Below are positions 24,446 through 32,863 of a stretch of DNA of 40,041 nt, in pieces. Every line of letters begins with the position of its first letter. The first letter of the stretch is position 1. The position numbers were made by a program, and so were the translations under genes. Below the pieces are notes generated by a model, which saw nothing but the letters and a program-made list of their open reading frames with translations, searched no databases and had not been told where the DNA came from. The stretch is from Chloroflexota bacterium (GTDB lineage: Bacteria > Chloroflexota > Anaerolineae > Anaerolineales > UBA11657), in the NCBI GenBank assembly GCA_003670425.1, contig QWRL01000002.1, positions 4,955 to 44,995 of the forward strand. The letters are read 5' to 3'.

Positions 24446-25762
24446 ATGCCCGCCGATAGCCAGTCGCCGTTTCGGTTTGCAAGCGCCAGCTTGGCGGGCT
24501 TGCAGCCATCTGCCACGCTGCATATTAACGAGCGCGTGCAGGCGCTGCGCGCAGCCGGGCGTGATGTGCTGCATCTGGGCTTTGGCGAGTCGCGGTTTCC
24601 CGTGCCGGCTGCGGTGGTTGCTGCGCTGCGCGAACATGCGGAAGAGCGCAGCTATCTGCCGGTGCTTGGCCTGCCGGAACTGCGCGCCGCCATTGCTGCG
24701 TTTTACGGGCGGCATTTTGGGCTGGCAGTTGCCGCAGAGCAGGTGGTGATCGGGCCGGGCAGCAAAGCGCTGCTGCTGGCGCTGGCGCTGGCTACCGATG
24801 GCGCCGTGCTGCTGCCCACACCCGCCTGGGTTTCGTATGCACCGCAAGCACAGCTGGCGCGGCGCAGCGTAGTTCCGGTGCCCATGGATCCGGCTGCCGG
24901 CTACGCGCTGGATCCGGAGCGTCTGCAGCATGCATTGCAAAAAGCTGCCGCCAATTGGCAGCGCCCGGAAATGCTGCTGCTCAACACGCCCAGCAATCCG
25001 CTGGGCAGCGCGCAAAATGCGGACGCGCTGCAGGCCTGCGCAGAATTTGCGCGGCGCAACCGCTTGATGGTGGTGAGCGACGAAATCTACAGCTTGACGG
25101 CGCACAACGCGCGCGGCGCTGCGTCGATGGCTGCGCATTATCCGGAGGGCACGGTGGTCACGGGCGGTTTGAGCAAGCATCTGTCGCTGGGTGGCTGGCG
25201 CTTTGGCGTGGCCATCTTGCCGCCGGGTGCCGCCGGGCGCGAGTTGGCTGCAGCGCTGCAAATTGTGGCCGGTGAAATTTGGTCTTGCGTGGCGGCGCCG
25301 GTGCAGCATGCCGCGCTGGCAGCTTACGGCGCTGATCCCGCCATTGCGCAGCACATTGCGCAGAGCGCACGCCTGCATGGCGCGCGCACGCGTGTGCTGC
25401 ACAGCGTGCTGCAAGAGTTTGGCGTGCCATGCCCGCTGCCGGACGCCGGCTTTTATTTGTATCCAAATTTTGAGCGCTGGCGCGCGGTTCTGGCGCAGCG
25501 CAACGTGCACACCAGTGCGCAGCTGGCGGCGCACCTGCTGGAAAAATATGCAATTGCCACGCTGCCCGGCAGCGCCTTTCATGATGATGCGCTGACGCTG
25601 CGCCTGTCTTCAAGCTATTTGGACACGGAGCTGGCAGCTGGCGGTGCGCAAGTGTTCGCGGAGTTTGCGCGCGATGCGGATGATTGCATCAGCCGCGGGC
25701 ACCCGCGTTTGCAGCGCGCCGCTTCCACCCTGGCGGAGTTCATCTCCGGGCTGGGCAGCTAA
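24446..25762 (+). CDS. class I/II PLP-dependent aminotransferase
   Basis: LLLNTPSNPLGS, VVSDEIYS, and the PLP-lysine context GGLSKHLSLGGWRFG. Confidence 0.85.
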   Translation: MPADSQSPFRFASASLAGLQPSATLHINERVQALRAAGRDVLHLGFGESRFPVPAAVVAALREHAEERSYLPVLGLPELRAAIAAFYGRHFGLAVAAEQVVIGPGSKALLLALALATDGAVLLPTPAWVSYAPQAQLARRSVVPVPMDPAAGYALDPERLQHALQKAAANWQRPEMLLLNTPSNPLGSAQNADALQACAEFARRNRLMVVSDEIYSLTAHNARGAASMAAHYPEGTVVTGGLSKHLSLGGWRFGVAILPPGAAGRELAAALQIVAGEIWSCVAAPVQHAALAAYGADPAIAQHIAQSARLHGARTRVLHSVLQEFGVPCPLPDAGFYLYPNFERWRAVLAQRNVHTSAQLAAHLLEKYAIATLPGSAFHDDALTLRLSSSYLDTELAAGGAQVFAEFARDADDCISRGHPRLQRAASTLAEFISGLGS

Positions 25763-25824
25763 CCTGATGCGCATCGCTGCAGGCAGCGTGTACGGGAAAG
25801 ACCAATCTCCCCGCTGAAATAATC

Positions 25825-27075
25825 ATGCAAACAAATGAAGTTGTGATTGTGGCGGGTGTGCGCACCCCAATTGGGCGTGTGGGTGGCGCGCTGGCAGCCG
25901 TGCGCCCGGACGACCTGCTGGCCACCGTGCTGCGCGGCGTGGTGGAGCGCGCCGCTATTGACCCGCAGGGCATTGATGAAGTGTATGCCGGCTGCGCAAA
26001 CCAGGCGGGCGAAGACAACCGCAATGTGGCGCGCATGGCCACCCTGCTGGCGGGTTTTCCGGACAGCGTGCCGGCCGTAACGCTCAACCGCTTGTGTGCC
26101 TCGGGCTTGGAAGCGGTGAACCAGGCTGCACGCTGCATTGCCGTGGGCGAGGCGCAGCTGTGTGTGGCGGGCGGCGTGGAAAGCATGAGCCGCGCGCCCT
26201 GGGTGCTGCCCAAGCCGGAGGGTGCGTACCCGGTGGGCAGTCCGCCCGTCTATGACACCACGCTGGGCTGGCGCTTTCCAAACCCGCAACTGGCTGCGCG
26301 CTTTCCGCTGCTCAGCATGGGCCAGACCGCCGAGAATATTGCGCAAGAGCTGGGCATCACGCGCGCCGAGCAGGATGCGTTCGCACTGGAGAGTCACCGG
26401 CGCGCCGTGGCGGCGCTAAATGCCGGTTACTTTGCGGCGGAGGTGCTGCCTGTCAGCGTGCCGCAGCGGCGCGGCGCAGCGCACATTGTGGATGTGGATG
26501 AGGCGGTGCGCTGCAAGCGCAGCGCGCATGGCTTTGAGCTTGATACAGACATGGAACGCCTGGCGCAGCTGGCGCCGGCTTTCCGCGAGCAAGGCAGCGT
26601 AACGCCGGGCAACTCCAGCGGCCTCAACGATGGCGCAGCCGCGTTGGTGTTGATGAGCGCCGCACGCGCACAGGAGCTGGGCTTGCGGCCGCTGGCGCGC
26701 TGGCTGGGTGCGGCTTCGGCCGGCGTGGACCCAAGCGTGATGGGCTACGGCCCGGTGCCGGCCACGCAGCAACTACTCGCCCGGCATCAGCTCACTGTGC
26801 AAGACATTGGCCTGGTGGAATTGAACGAGGCGTTTGCAGCGCAGGCGCTGGGTGTGATGCGCAAGCTGGGCCTGCGCCATGAAATTACAAACGTAAACGG
26901 CGGCGCAATTGCGCTGGGCCACCCGCTGGGCTGCAGCGGCGCGCGCATATTGGTGACGCTGCTGCACGAGATGCAGCGCCGCGCGCCGCAACAGGCGCGC
27001 CCATATTATGGACTGGCTACTTTATGTGTGGGTGTCGGACAGGGTGTCAGCACGCTGGTGGAGTGGCTCGCCTGA
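25825..27075 (+). CDS. acetyl-CoA C-acyltransferase (thiolase)
   Basis: [13 protein letters not shown], the active-site segment [39 protein letters not shown] and LCVGVGQG are thiolase signatures. Confidence 0.92.
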   Translation: MQTNEVVIVAGVRTPIGRVGGALAAVRPDDLLATVLRGVVERAAIDPQGIDEVYAGCANQAGEDNRNVARMATLLAGFPDSVPAVTLNRLCASGLEAVNQAARCIAVGEAQLCVAGGVESMSRAPWVLPKPEGAYPVGSPPVYDTTLGWRFPNPQLAARFPLLSMGQTAENIAQELGITRAEQDAFALESHRRAVAALNAGYFAAEVLPVSVPQRRGAAHIVDVDEAVRCKRSAHGFELDTDMERLAQLAPAFREQGSVTPGNSSGLNDGAAALVLMSAARAQELGLRPLARWLGAASAGVDPSVMGYGPVPATQQLLARHQLTVQDIGLVELNEAFAAQALGVMRKLGLRHEITNVNGGAIALGHPLGCSGARILVTLLHEMQRRAPQQARPYYGLATLCVGVGQGVSTLVEWLA

Positions 27076-27121
27076 GCCGCGTGTGTTGTGAAGGCAGCCG
27101 CCGGCAGGCGCGGCAGCCGGG

Positions 27122-27961
27122 CTAAAACAGGACGCTGGCCAGTTCGCCGCGGTACTCGCGGGTCAGCGGGTCATCATCGCCCAGCAGCGCAAACACACCC
27201 AGCATCACCTTGCGCGGCTCTCCGCCGCGAAACTTCTTGTCCTTGCGCAGCACTTCCATCAGCCCGTCCATGCCGGCAGCATACCGGCCGTTGGCCAGCA
27301 GCCGCGCGGACTGCCAGTACTGCGCCAGCTGCAAGTCGGACTCGGTGCGGTGGTCGTTGTCCTCTGCAACCTCAGCCAGCATTTCCGCCAGCGGCCGCAG
27401 CTGCTCCGCAGCCACAATCTCCGGTCCACTGGGAAAGTCCTCAATGATTTCAAGCGCCTCGCGCCCTTTGCCTTGCGCCACAAGTGCGCGCACCATGCCC
27501 AAAGCCGCAGCGGCATTGCGCGGCTGCGCTTCCAGGATCACGCGCAGCTTCTCTTCGGCGTCCGCCCAATGGCGTGTGGCCAGCAGGCTGATCGCTTCGG
27601 CCAGCGTGTGGTCGGTTTCGTTCGGCGCCACCTTTTGCAAAAACTCGCGCACGCGCGGTTCCGGAATGGCGCCCACAAAACCGTTGATCACCTGCCCGTT
27701 GCGAAACGCCTTCACCGCCGGAATGCCTTGCACGCCGAAGCGCACTGAAAGATTTGGATTCTCGTCTACATTGACCTTGGCAAGAAAAAATCCGCCGTCA
27801 CTTTCTGCCGCCAGCTTTTCCAGCACCGGGCCAAGCGAGCGGCACGGGCCGCACCACGGCGCCCAAAAATCCGCCAGCACCGGCGTCTCGTAAGAGCGGT
27901 TGACTACGTCAACCTCAAAGGTGCTCTCGCTTACGTCAAAAACAAAATTAGAAGATCCCAT
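27122..27961 (-). CDS. thioredoxin domain + TPR co-chaperone (YbbN/CnoX-like)
   Basis: The N-terminal Trx fold has FWAPWCGPCR. The C-terminal helical TPR-like repeat region ends in DPLTREYRGELASVLF. Confidence 0.85.
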   Translation of the reverse strand: MGSSNFVFDVSESTFEVDVVNRSYETPVLADFWAPWCGPCRSLGPVLEKLAAESDGGFFLAKVNVDENPNLSVRFGVQGIPAVKAFRNGQVINGFVGAIPEPRVREFLQKVAPNETDHTLAEAISLLATRHWADAEEKLRVILEAQPRNAAAALGMVRALVAQGKGREALEIIEDFPSGPEIVAAEQLRPLAEMLAEVAEDNDHRTESDLQLAQYWQSARLLANGRYAAGMDGLMEVLRKDKKFRGGEPRKVMLGVFALLGDDDPLTREYRGELASVLF

Positions 27962-28048
27962 TGGTTTTGCCTTTATATTGTAGCATTATGTCCAGTCCCA
28001 CTTCAGAGGCTAAGCAACTCTTATTAACTTTATATCAGCATCTGTAAA

Positions 28049-29251
28049 ATGAAAATCCGCTCAATTACTTACTTTTGCGACGGCAGTTTCCCGCTGGATG
28101 GCCAGGCTATGGCGCAAGCGGGCGCCTGCCTGCATCGGGCGCGGGCTGCCCTGCTGCAGGCGGGCTACGAAGTGCAAACAACGCGCGCAGCGCTGCAGGC
28201 GCCAAGCGCTGGGCCCCGCCGTGCGCCCCGCCCGGTGCCGGATTACGGCCTTGCGCTGCAGGCGCAGCTGGCGCTGCACAACATCGATTACGCGGGCCTG
28301 GGGCCGGTGCTGCTGGCGGATGCGCAGCCTTTCTGGGCGGCGCTGCCAGACGTGCTGGCCGCCACGCAGCGCATCTTCACCGCGGCAGAGATTGCCACGC
28401 GCGCTGGCGGCGTCAGCCTCGGTGCCATCCAGCGCGCAGCGCAGGTGGTGCTGCGCAACTCACAACTCAGTGCTGATGGCCTTGGCAACTTGCGCTTTGC
28501 AGCGCTGGCGGGTGTGGCGCCCGGCACGCCCTTTTTACCGGCGGCGTTTCATGGCGGTGGTGCGCCGGTGTTTGCAGTTGCCACCGAAGCTGCTGACCTG
28601 GCGGTAAAGGCCTTCACTGGCGCAGACAGTGTTGCACACGCGTGCAGCCGGCTGGTGGCGGCGCTGGAGCTGCACGGCGCGCAAGTGCAGCAGGCGCTGG
28701 CCGGCATACCGCACACATTTACCGGCATCGACTTTTCGCTTGCACCGTTCCCGGAGCAGTCCGTTTCGATTGGGGTGGCGCTGGAGGCGCTGGGTGTGGC
28801 GGCTGTGGGCAGCCATGGCACGCTTGCAGCCGCTGCGCTCGTGGCCGATTGCGTGCAGCACGCGCGCTTTCTACACGCCGGCTTCAGCGGCTTGTTTTTG
28901 CCGCTCCTGGAAGACCAGCGCCTCGCGCAGCGCGGCGCAGAAGGCATGCTCACCGTGAATGATTTGCTGCTGTACTCCGCTGTGTGCGGCACGGGCCTGG
29001 ATACCATTCCGCTGGCAGGTGATATTGCGGCGGGGGAGCTGGCAGCAATTATGCTGGATGTGGCAGCGCTGGCCTTGCGCTTGGGCAAGCCGCTGACTGC
29101 GCGCTTGATGCCCATCCCCGGCAAGCGTGCCGGTGACCCAATCGAGTTTGACTTTCCGTTCTTTGCAAATGGCAGCGTGCTGGCGCACAAGCGCGGAACG
29201 CTCAGCGCCGCTCTCGGTGGCACCGAAGATTTTGCGCTGCGCGCGCGCTGA
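28049..29251 (+). CDS. DUF711 (UPF0210-like) family protein
   Basis: MKIRSITYF at the N-terminus and LLYSAVCGTGLDTIPLAGD resemble the DUF711/UPF0210 signature. I assigned the family from memory of these motifs only. Confidence 0.6.
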   Translation: MKIRSITYFCDGSFPLDGQAMAQAGACLHRARAALLQAGYEVQTTRAALQAPSAGPRRAPRPVPDYGLALQAQLALHNIDYAGLGPVLLADAQPFWAALPDVLAATQRIFTAAEIATRAGGVSLGAIQRAAQVVLRNSQLSADGLGNLRFAALAGVAPGTPFLPAAFHGGGAPVFAVATEAADLAVKAFTGADSVAHACSRLVAALELHGAQVQQALAGIPHTFTGIDFSLAPFPEQSVSIGVALEALGVAAVGSHGTLAAAALVADCVQHARFLHAGFSGLFLPLLEDQRLAQRGAEGMLTVNDLLLYSAVCGTGLDTIPLAGDIAAGELAAIMLDVAALALRLGKPLTARLMPIPGKRAGDPIEFDFPFFANGSVLAHKRGTLSAALGGTEDFALRAR

Positions 29252-29260
29252 CGACCAGGC

Positions 29261-30880
29261 TTAAGCAGTGGCGGCGGGCAGCGTGCGCAGCATGTAAGTG
29301 CCGCACAACTCAAAGCCTGCGCGCCGGTAGTATTCGCGTGTGCCGATGGCGGCAATGACGGCCAGCCGCGCATAGCCGTGCGCGCTGGCGATGCGCTCGG
29401 CTGCGGCCAGCAGGCGCTTGCCCAGGCCGCTGTGCTGCGCCGTGTTGTGGCCGCCGCCGTCCGCACCCAGCGGCAGCGCCGCGCCATACACATGCACCTC
29501 GCGCACAATCGCGGCACCTTCAAGTTCGGCCAGCCCAAGCTCTGCTGCCGCCGGCAGCGACAGGCGCAGGTATCCGGCCAGCTTGTCATCGGTTGTGTTG
29601 AAAGACAGGAAGTGCTCCGTGCTTTGGGCGGCTGGATACACGAGGCTGTCCAGCGTCAAGTCGCCGGCAGCTGCGCCGTTACCGCGCACTTCGCGGCAGC
29701 GCAGGCACAGGCAGCGCTGGCCGGCTGCGCGCATTTGGCGCTGCACCACCTCGCGCAGGTTGGAGCATGTGCTGCCGGCAACAATGTTGGGCGCGGGAAT
29801 GTCACGGTATACGCGGTTGATGCGGCAGTAGCGCGGCACCAGCTGCTTGCACGCTGCCACCAGCTCCACCAGCGTTTCATCAGAGTACGGGTGGTACTCG
29901 CCGCGCTGCCAGTAAGCGTACAAGTCGGCGTTCGCCAGCAGCGAGCAAGGGTAAATTTTAATTTCATCCGGCTGCAGCGCCGGGTCGTCCCACAGTTTTT
30001 GGAAGTCTGCCAGGTCACTCTGCGGCGTGGCGCCCAGCAGGTTGGGCATCCAGTGCAGCACCACCTTGAAGCCGGCTGCGCGCAGCAGCGTCACCGCTGC
30101 GCGGGTTTGCGCCACAGTGTGGCCGCGCTGGTTCTGCTCCAGAATGTTGTCATCCAGTGACTGCGCCCCCATCTGCACCTTGGTTACGCCCAAGGCGCGC
30201 ATCCAGCGGATCTCCTCCGCGTGCACGTGGTCCGGGCGCGTCTCCACAACGAGGCCCACATTGCGATGCTGTGCAGTCTGGTTCCAGGCGTGCGCCTCAG
30301 CCAGGCAGCTGGAGTCGCGCCCGTTCATCGCATCAAAGCAGCGCTGCACAAACCATTCCTGATAATCACGCCGATAGCTGGACCACGTTCCACCCAAAAT
30401 CAGCAGCTCAATTTTGTCTGTGGCGTGGCCGTTGCCGGCAAATGCTGCAATGCGCGACGCAGTCTGGGCATAGGGGTCGAAGGCGTGCTGCTCAGCGCGC
30501 ATTGCACCGGGCTCATCCGGCAGGTAACTCTTGGGCATGCGCGCATCAGTGGGGCAGAAGATGCACTTGCCGGGGCACGGGTAGGGTTTGGTGAGCACCG
30601 TCACCGGCGCCACGCCGGAGATGGTGCGCATTGGTTTGCGCTGCAGGCACTTGAGCACGCGCGCATCCAGCGCCAGCTCGCCGGTCTTCACCAGATGCTG
30701 ATAGGTGCGCGTGAGCTCTGCCTTGGCATAGGTGCCGGAGCCGGCGCGTGGGAAGCGCTGCAAGGTTGCGCGCAGTGCTTCCGGTGTGTAGTGCCCGTCG
30801 GCGTGCAGCGCCTGCACGATGCGGCGCACGTCCGGCGCAAAGCGCTCCAGCTCAGGCGCGTCCAGTTCTTTCAGCAGCAT
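29261..30880 (-). CDS. elp3: Elp3-type tRNA wobble-uridine modification enzyme (radical SAM + GNAT acetyltransferase)
   Basis: Radical SAM cluster segment VLTKPYPCPGKCIFCPTD and the Elp3 central region QMGAQSLDDNILEQNQRGHTV. The C-terminal GNAT domain has HVYGAALPLG...QHSGLGKRLLAAAERIA...IGTREYYRRAGFELCGTYMLRTL. ATG 30880 is chosen because the longer starts (ATG 30937, TTG 30946) would overlap the divergent gene, and a -10 box sits 6 nt upstream of 30880. Confidence 0.9.
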   Translation of the reverse strand: MLLKELDAPELERFAPDVRRIVQALHADGHYTPEALRATLQRFPRAGSGTYAKAELTRTYQHLVKTGELALDARVLKCLQRKPMRTISGVAPVTVLTKPYPCPGKCIFCPTDARMPKSYLPDEPGAMRAEQHAFDPYAQTASRIAAFAGNGHATDKIELLILGGTWSSYRRDYQEWFVQRCFDAMNGRDSSCLAEAHAWNQTAQHRNVGLVVETRPDHVHAEEIRWMRALGVTKVQMGAQSLDDNILEQNQRGHTVAQTRAAVTLLRAAGFKVVLHWMPNLLGATPQSDLADFQKLWDDPALQPDEIKIYPCSLLANADLYAYWQRGEYHPYSDETLVELVAACKQLVPRYCRINRVYRDIPAPNIVAGSTCSNLREVVQRQMRAAGQRCLCLRCREVRGNGAAAGDLTLDSLVYPAAQSTEHFLSFNTTDDKLAGYLRLSLPAAAELGLAELEGAAIVREVHVYGAALPLGADGGGHNTAQHSGLGKRLLAAAERIASAHGYARLAVIAAIGTREYYRRAGFELCGTYMLRTLPAATA

Positions 30881-30886
30881 GCCGTC

Positions 30887-30894
30887 AGTATAAT
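30887..30894. promoter_or_regulatory. overlapping face-to-face -10 boxes in the 22-bp Elp3 / methyltransferase spacer
   Basis: The + strand has TATAAT at 30889-30894, 8 nt before ATG 30903. The - strand has TATACT at 30892-30887, 6 nt before ATG 30880. Both genes would be leaderless. Confidence 0.45.
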
Positions 30895-30902
30895 CCGGAA
30901 GA

Positions 30903-31604
30903 ATGCGCACTTTTGTGGCGCGCCGCTTGCTGCGCATCAACGCCAATTTTTACCGGCAGTTTGGCGCGGAGTTTGCCGCGTCGCGCAGCGCGCTGCAGCC
31001 GGGCATGCTGCGCGCGCTGCAGGCGCTGGATGGCTGCGCTGCGCTGCTGGATGTGGGCTGTGGCAACGGGCGTTTTGCCGGTGCCCTGCCGGCGCCGGTG
31101 CAATATGTGGGGGTGGACAGCAGCGCGGCATTGCTGGGCTGTGCCACGCCGCGCGCAGGTGCCCGCTTGCTGCAATTGGATCTGATGAATGCGGCGTGGG
31201 TGCTGCGCATGCGGCGGCGCTTTCCCGCAATTGTGTGCTTTGCCGTGCTGCACCATGTGCCCGGCGCGCGGCGGCGCCTGCGCCTGCTGCGCCAGCTGCG
31301 CGGATTGCTCCGGCCCGGCGGTGTCTGTGTGCTTTCAGTGTGGCAGTTTGTGCACGTGCCGCGTTTGCGCCGCAAGATTTGTGACTGGCAGCAAGCCGGC
31401 ATCACAGCCGCGCAGGTGGATGCGCATGACTATCTGCTCGACTGGCAGCGCGGCGGCAGCGGCCTGCGCTACGCCCATCAATTTAGCGTGCCGGAACTGG
31501 AGCAGCTGTGCACGCGCGCCGGCTTCGAAATCCGGCAAACCTACCGCAGCGATGGTGCCACGGGCGACATGGGCTTGTATGTAGTTTTGCGGGCGGCTGG
31601 TTAA
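30903..31604 (+). CDS. class I SAM-dependent methyltransferase, Trm9/ALKBH8-MTase-like
   Basis: By eye it is collinear with yeast Trm9. FYRQFGAEFAASRSALQPGMLRAL matches VYNKIAPHFSQTRYKPWPIVTEFL. LLDVGCGNGRF matches GIDVGCGNGKY. VGVDSSAALLGCA matches IGSDRSDGLIECA. FAVLHHVPGARRRLRLLRQLRGLLRPGGVCVLSVW matches IAVVHHWSTRERRVEVIRHVLSKLRQGGQALIYCW. DYLLDW...LRYAHQFSVPELEQLCTRAGF matches DVFVPW...RYYHLYREGELAEDCRQAG. Confidence 0.7.
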   Translation: MRTFVARRLLRINANFYRQFGAEFAASRSALQPGMLRALQALDGCAALLDVGCGNGRFAGALPAPVQYVGVDSSAALLGCATPRAGARLLQLDLMNAAWVLRMRRRFPAIVCFAVLHHVPGARRRLRLLRQLRGLLRPGGVCVLSVWQFVHVPRLRRKICDWQQAGITAAQVDAHDYLLDWQRGGSGLRYAHQFSVPELEQLCTRAGFEIRQTYRSDGATGDMGLYVVLRAAG

Positions 31605-31608
31605 ACAC

Positions 31609-31638
31609 CGAGCGCGGGCCCGTAAATGCCCGCGCTCG
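31609..31638. terminator. 11-bp perfect GC-rich hairpin just after the methyltransferase stop (no U-tract)
   Basis: The stem is cgagcgcgggc pairing with gcccgcgctcg, with loop ccgtaaat. A second hairpin, actgcaa / ttgcagt, lies at about 31658-31678 and is followed on the minus strand by tttcttct. Confidence 0.35.
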
Positions 31639-31875
31639 ATGTAGGAGGAGAAGAAACTGCAACTGTGTTTTGCAGTACTTCAATAATACGGGCAAAGCAC
31701 ATGCTGTGCTTGACGCCAATCCGCCGGCAGCCTGACGGAATCCCTACGCTGGGTCGCGCCGCCAATAAAACGGGGGGTTAGTTGCGGGCCGGCTACATTC
31801 CACTTCACCCCAAGTGATGGGCGCGGCTTTGCTGCTTGGCCACATCTAAGGGTTCTCGCCCGCGGCTGTCCGCAT

Positions 31876-32688
31876 TTAGTGATGGTCAACGCGGGGTTTG
31901 ACCGCAATGGTTTGAAATTCCTGGACCAGCTCCACAAAGCGCTGCACGGTCACTTCAAACATGCGCCGGCCAAACTCCGGCGTGGCCGCGGCTGCGTCGC
32001 CGCACACACCGTTGCGTGAGAACCGGCTCCACCAATCCTGCCATGTGTACGCGCTGGGGGTTGGCTGATCCCAGTTGAAGTACTTTAGTTTGATCTGCCC
32101 AATGTCGCGTTCGGCTTTGTCCATTTGCACCAGGCCGGGCTGCGCATGCAGCATCATGGCCGTCTCATACTCGCAGGCATGGCCCACGCTGCCCGCGCCG
32201 CCTTTGCGCTCCGCAGCCAGCACGTCAGCCACCAGCGCCGGGTCCACCGCAGCGTTCACAGTTGTGGCGGCGCAGATTGCGCCCGTTGCCAGCACGCACT
32301 TGCGCGCAGCCAAATCGCAAATGGACTGGTTGGAGCCGTGCCCGTTCACAATCAAGATATGCGTGAACCCGTGCCGGGCCACCGAGATTGCCGCTTGCGA
32401 AAGATACGCGAGCGTGGTCTCGATGTCGATTGCAATCACACCCGGAAAATCCATGTGATGCTCGTCCAGCCCAAACGGAATGGTGGGCAGCACCAGCAGG
32501 TTGCCGCCCGCCTGGCGCCCGCACTCGGCCAGCACACTCTCCAAAATGTCGTTGTCAGTTGAGAGCGGCAGATGCAGGCCGTGGTCCTCCACTGCCCCGA
32601 TGGCCAGCGCCACCACGGGCTGCGGCTTGCGCGCAATCGCTGCATTCATCTCCGGCCATGTCAGCCGGTCATAGCGCCACTGTGTCAT
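31876..32688 (-). CDS. creatininase family amidohydrolase
   Basis: LAIGAVEDHGLHLPLSTDN, FGLDEHHMDFPGVI and ILIVNGHGSN are motifs of the creatininase/MftE/ArfB fold. ATG 32688 is preceded by ggagg. Confidence 0.85.
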   Translation of the reverse strand: MTQWRYDRLTWPEMNAAIARKPQPVVALAIGAVEDHGLHLPLSTDNDILESVLAECGRQAGGNLLVLPTIPFGLDEHHMDFPGVIAIDIETTLAYLSQAAISVARHGFTHILIVNGHGSNQSICDLAARKCVLATGAICAATTVNAAVDPALVADVLAAERKGGAGSVGHACEYETAMMLHAQPGLVQMDKAERDIGQIKLKYFNWDQPTPSAYTWQDWWSRFSRNGVCGDAAAATPEFGRRMFEVTVQRFVELVQEFQTIAVKPRVDHH

Positions 32689-32778
32689 GTTGCCTCCGTG
32701 TAATCCGCTGCACAAGCGGATTGGAACAATGATTGCATGTTGCTGCCAAGTTGGTGCACATGAGCGTGCGTTGCTGCA

Positions 32779-32790
32779 GCATAATTATGC
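32779..32790. promoter_or_regulatory. 12-bp perfect palindrome GCATAATTATGC in a divergent promoter region (candidate operator)
   Basis: Read directly. It lies between the creatininase-family gene (start 32688, minus) and the GH127 gene (start 32864, plus). CATAAT follows at 32813-32818. Confidence 0.3.
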
Positions 32791-32863
32791 ATCAGCCCGT
32801 GTGGCGGGCTGCCATAATGCTGGCGCTGGGCGCAACCCGTCGCGCCCGGCCGGGGGCCCCACC

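Noticed and set aside
24260-25582. 440-aa ORF on the minus strand
   Set aside because: It is antisense to a clearly motif-bearing class I/II aminotransferase. Its translation is an Arg/Ala/Gln/His-rich low-complexity string with no motif. This is typical stop-poor shadow framing in GC-rich DNA.
31640-31875. A tRNA or other known structured RNA in the long convergent spacer (GGGTTCTCGCCC looked T-loop-like), and a strong AGGAGG at 31643-31648
   Set aside because: No 5-bp T-stem, acceptor stem or anticodon arm can be built around the T-loop-like segment. The AGGAGG has no start codon at a workable spacing: ATG-TAG lies immediately before it, and the nearest GTG is about 18 nt downstream and opens only a 37-codon ORF of poor composition.
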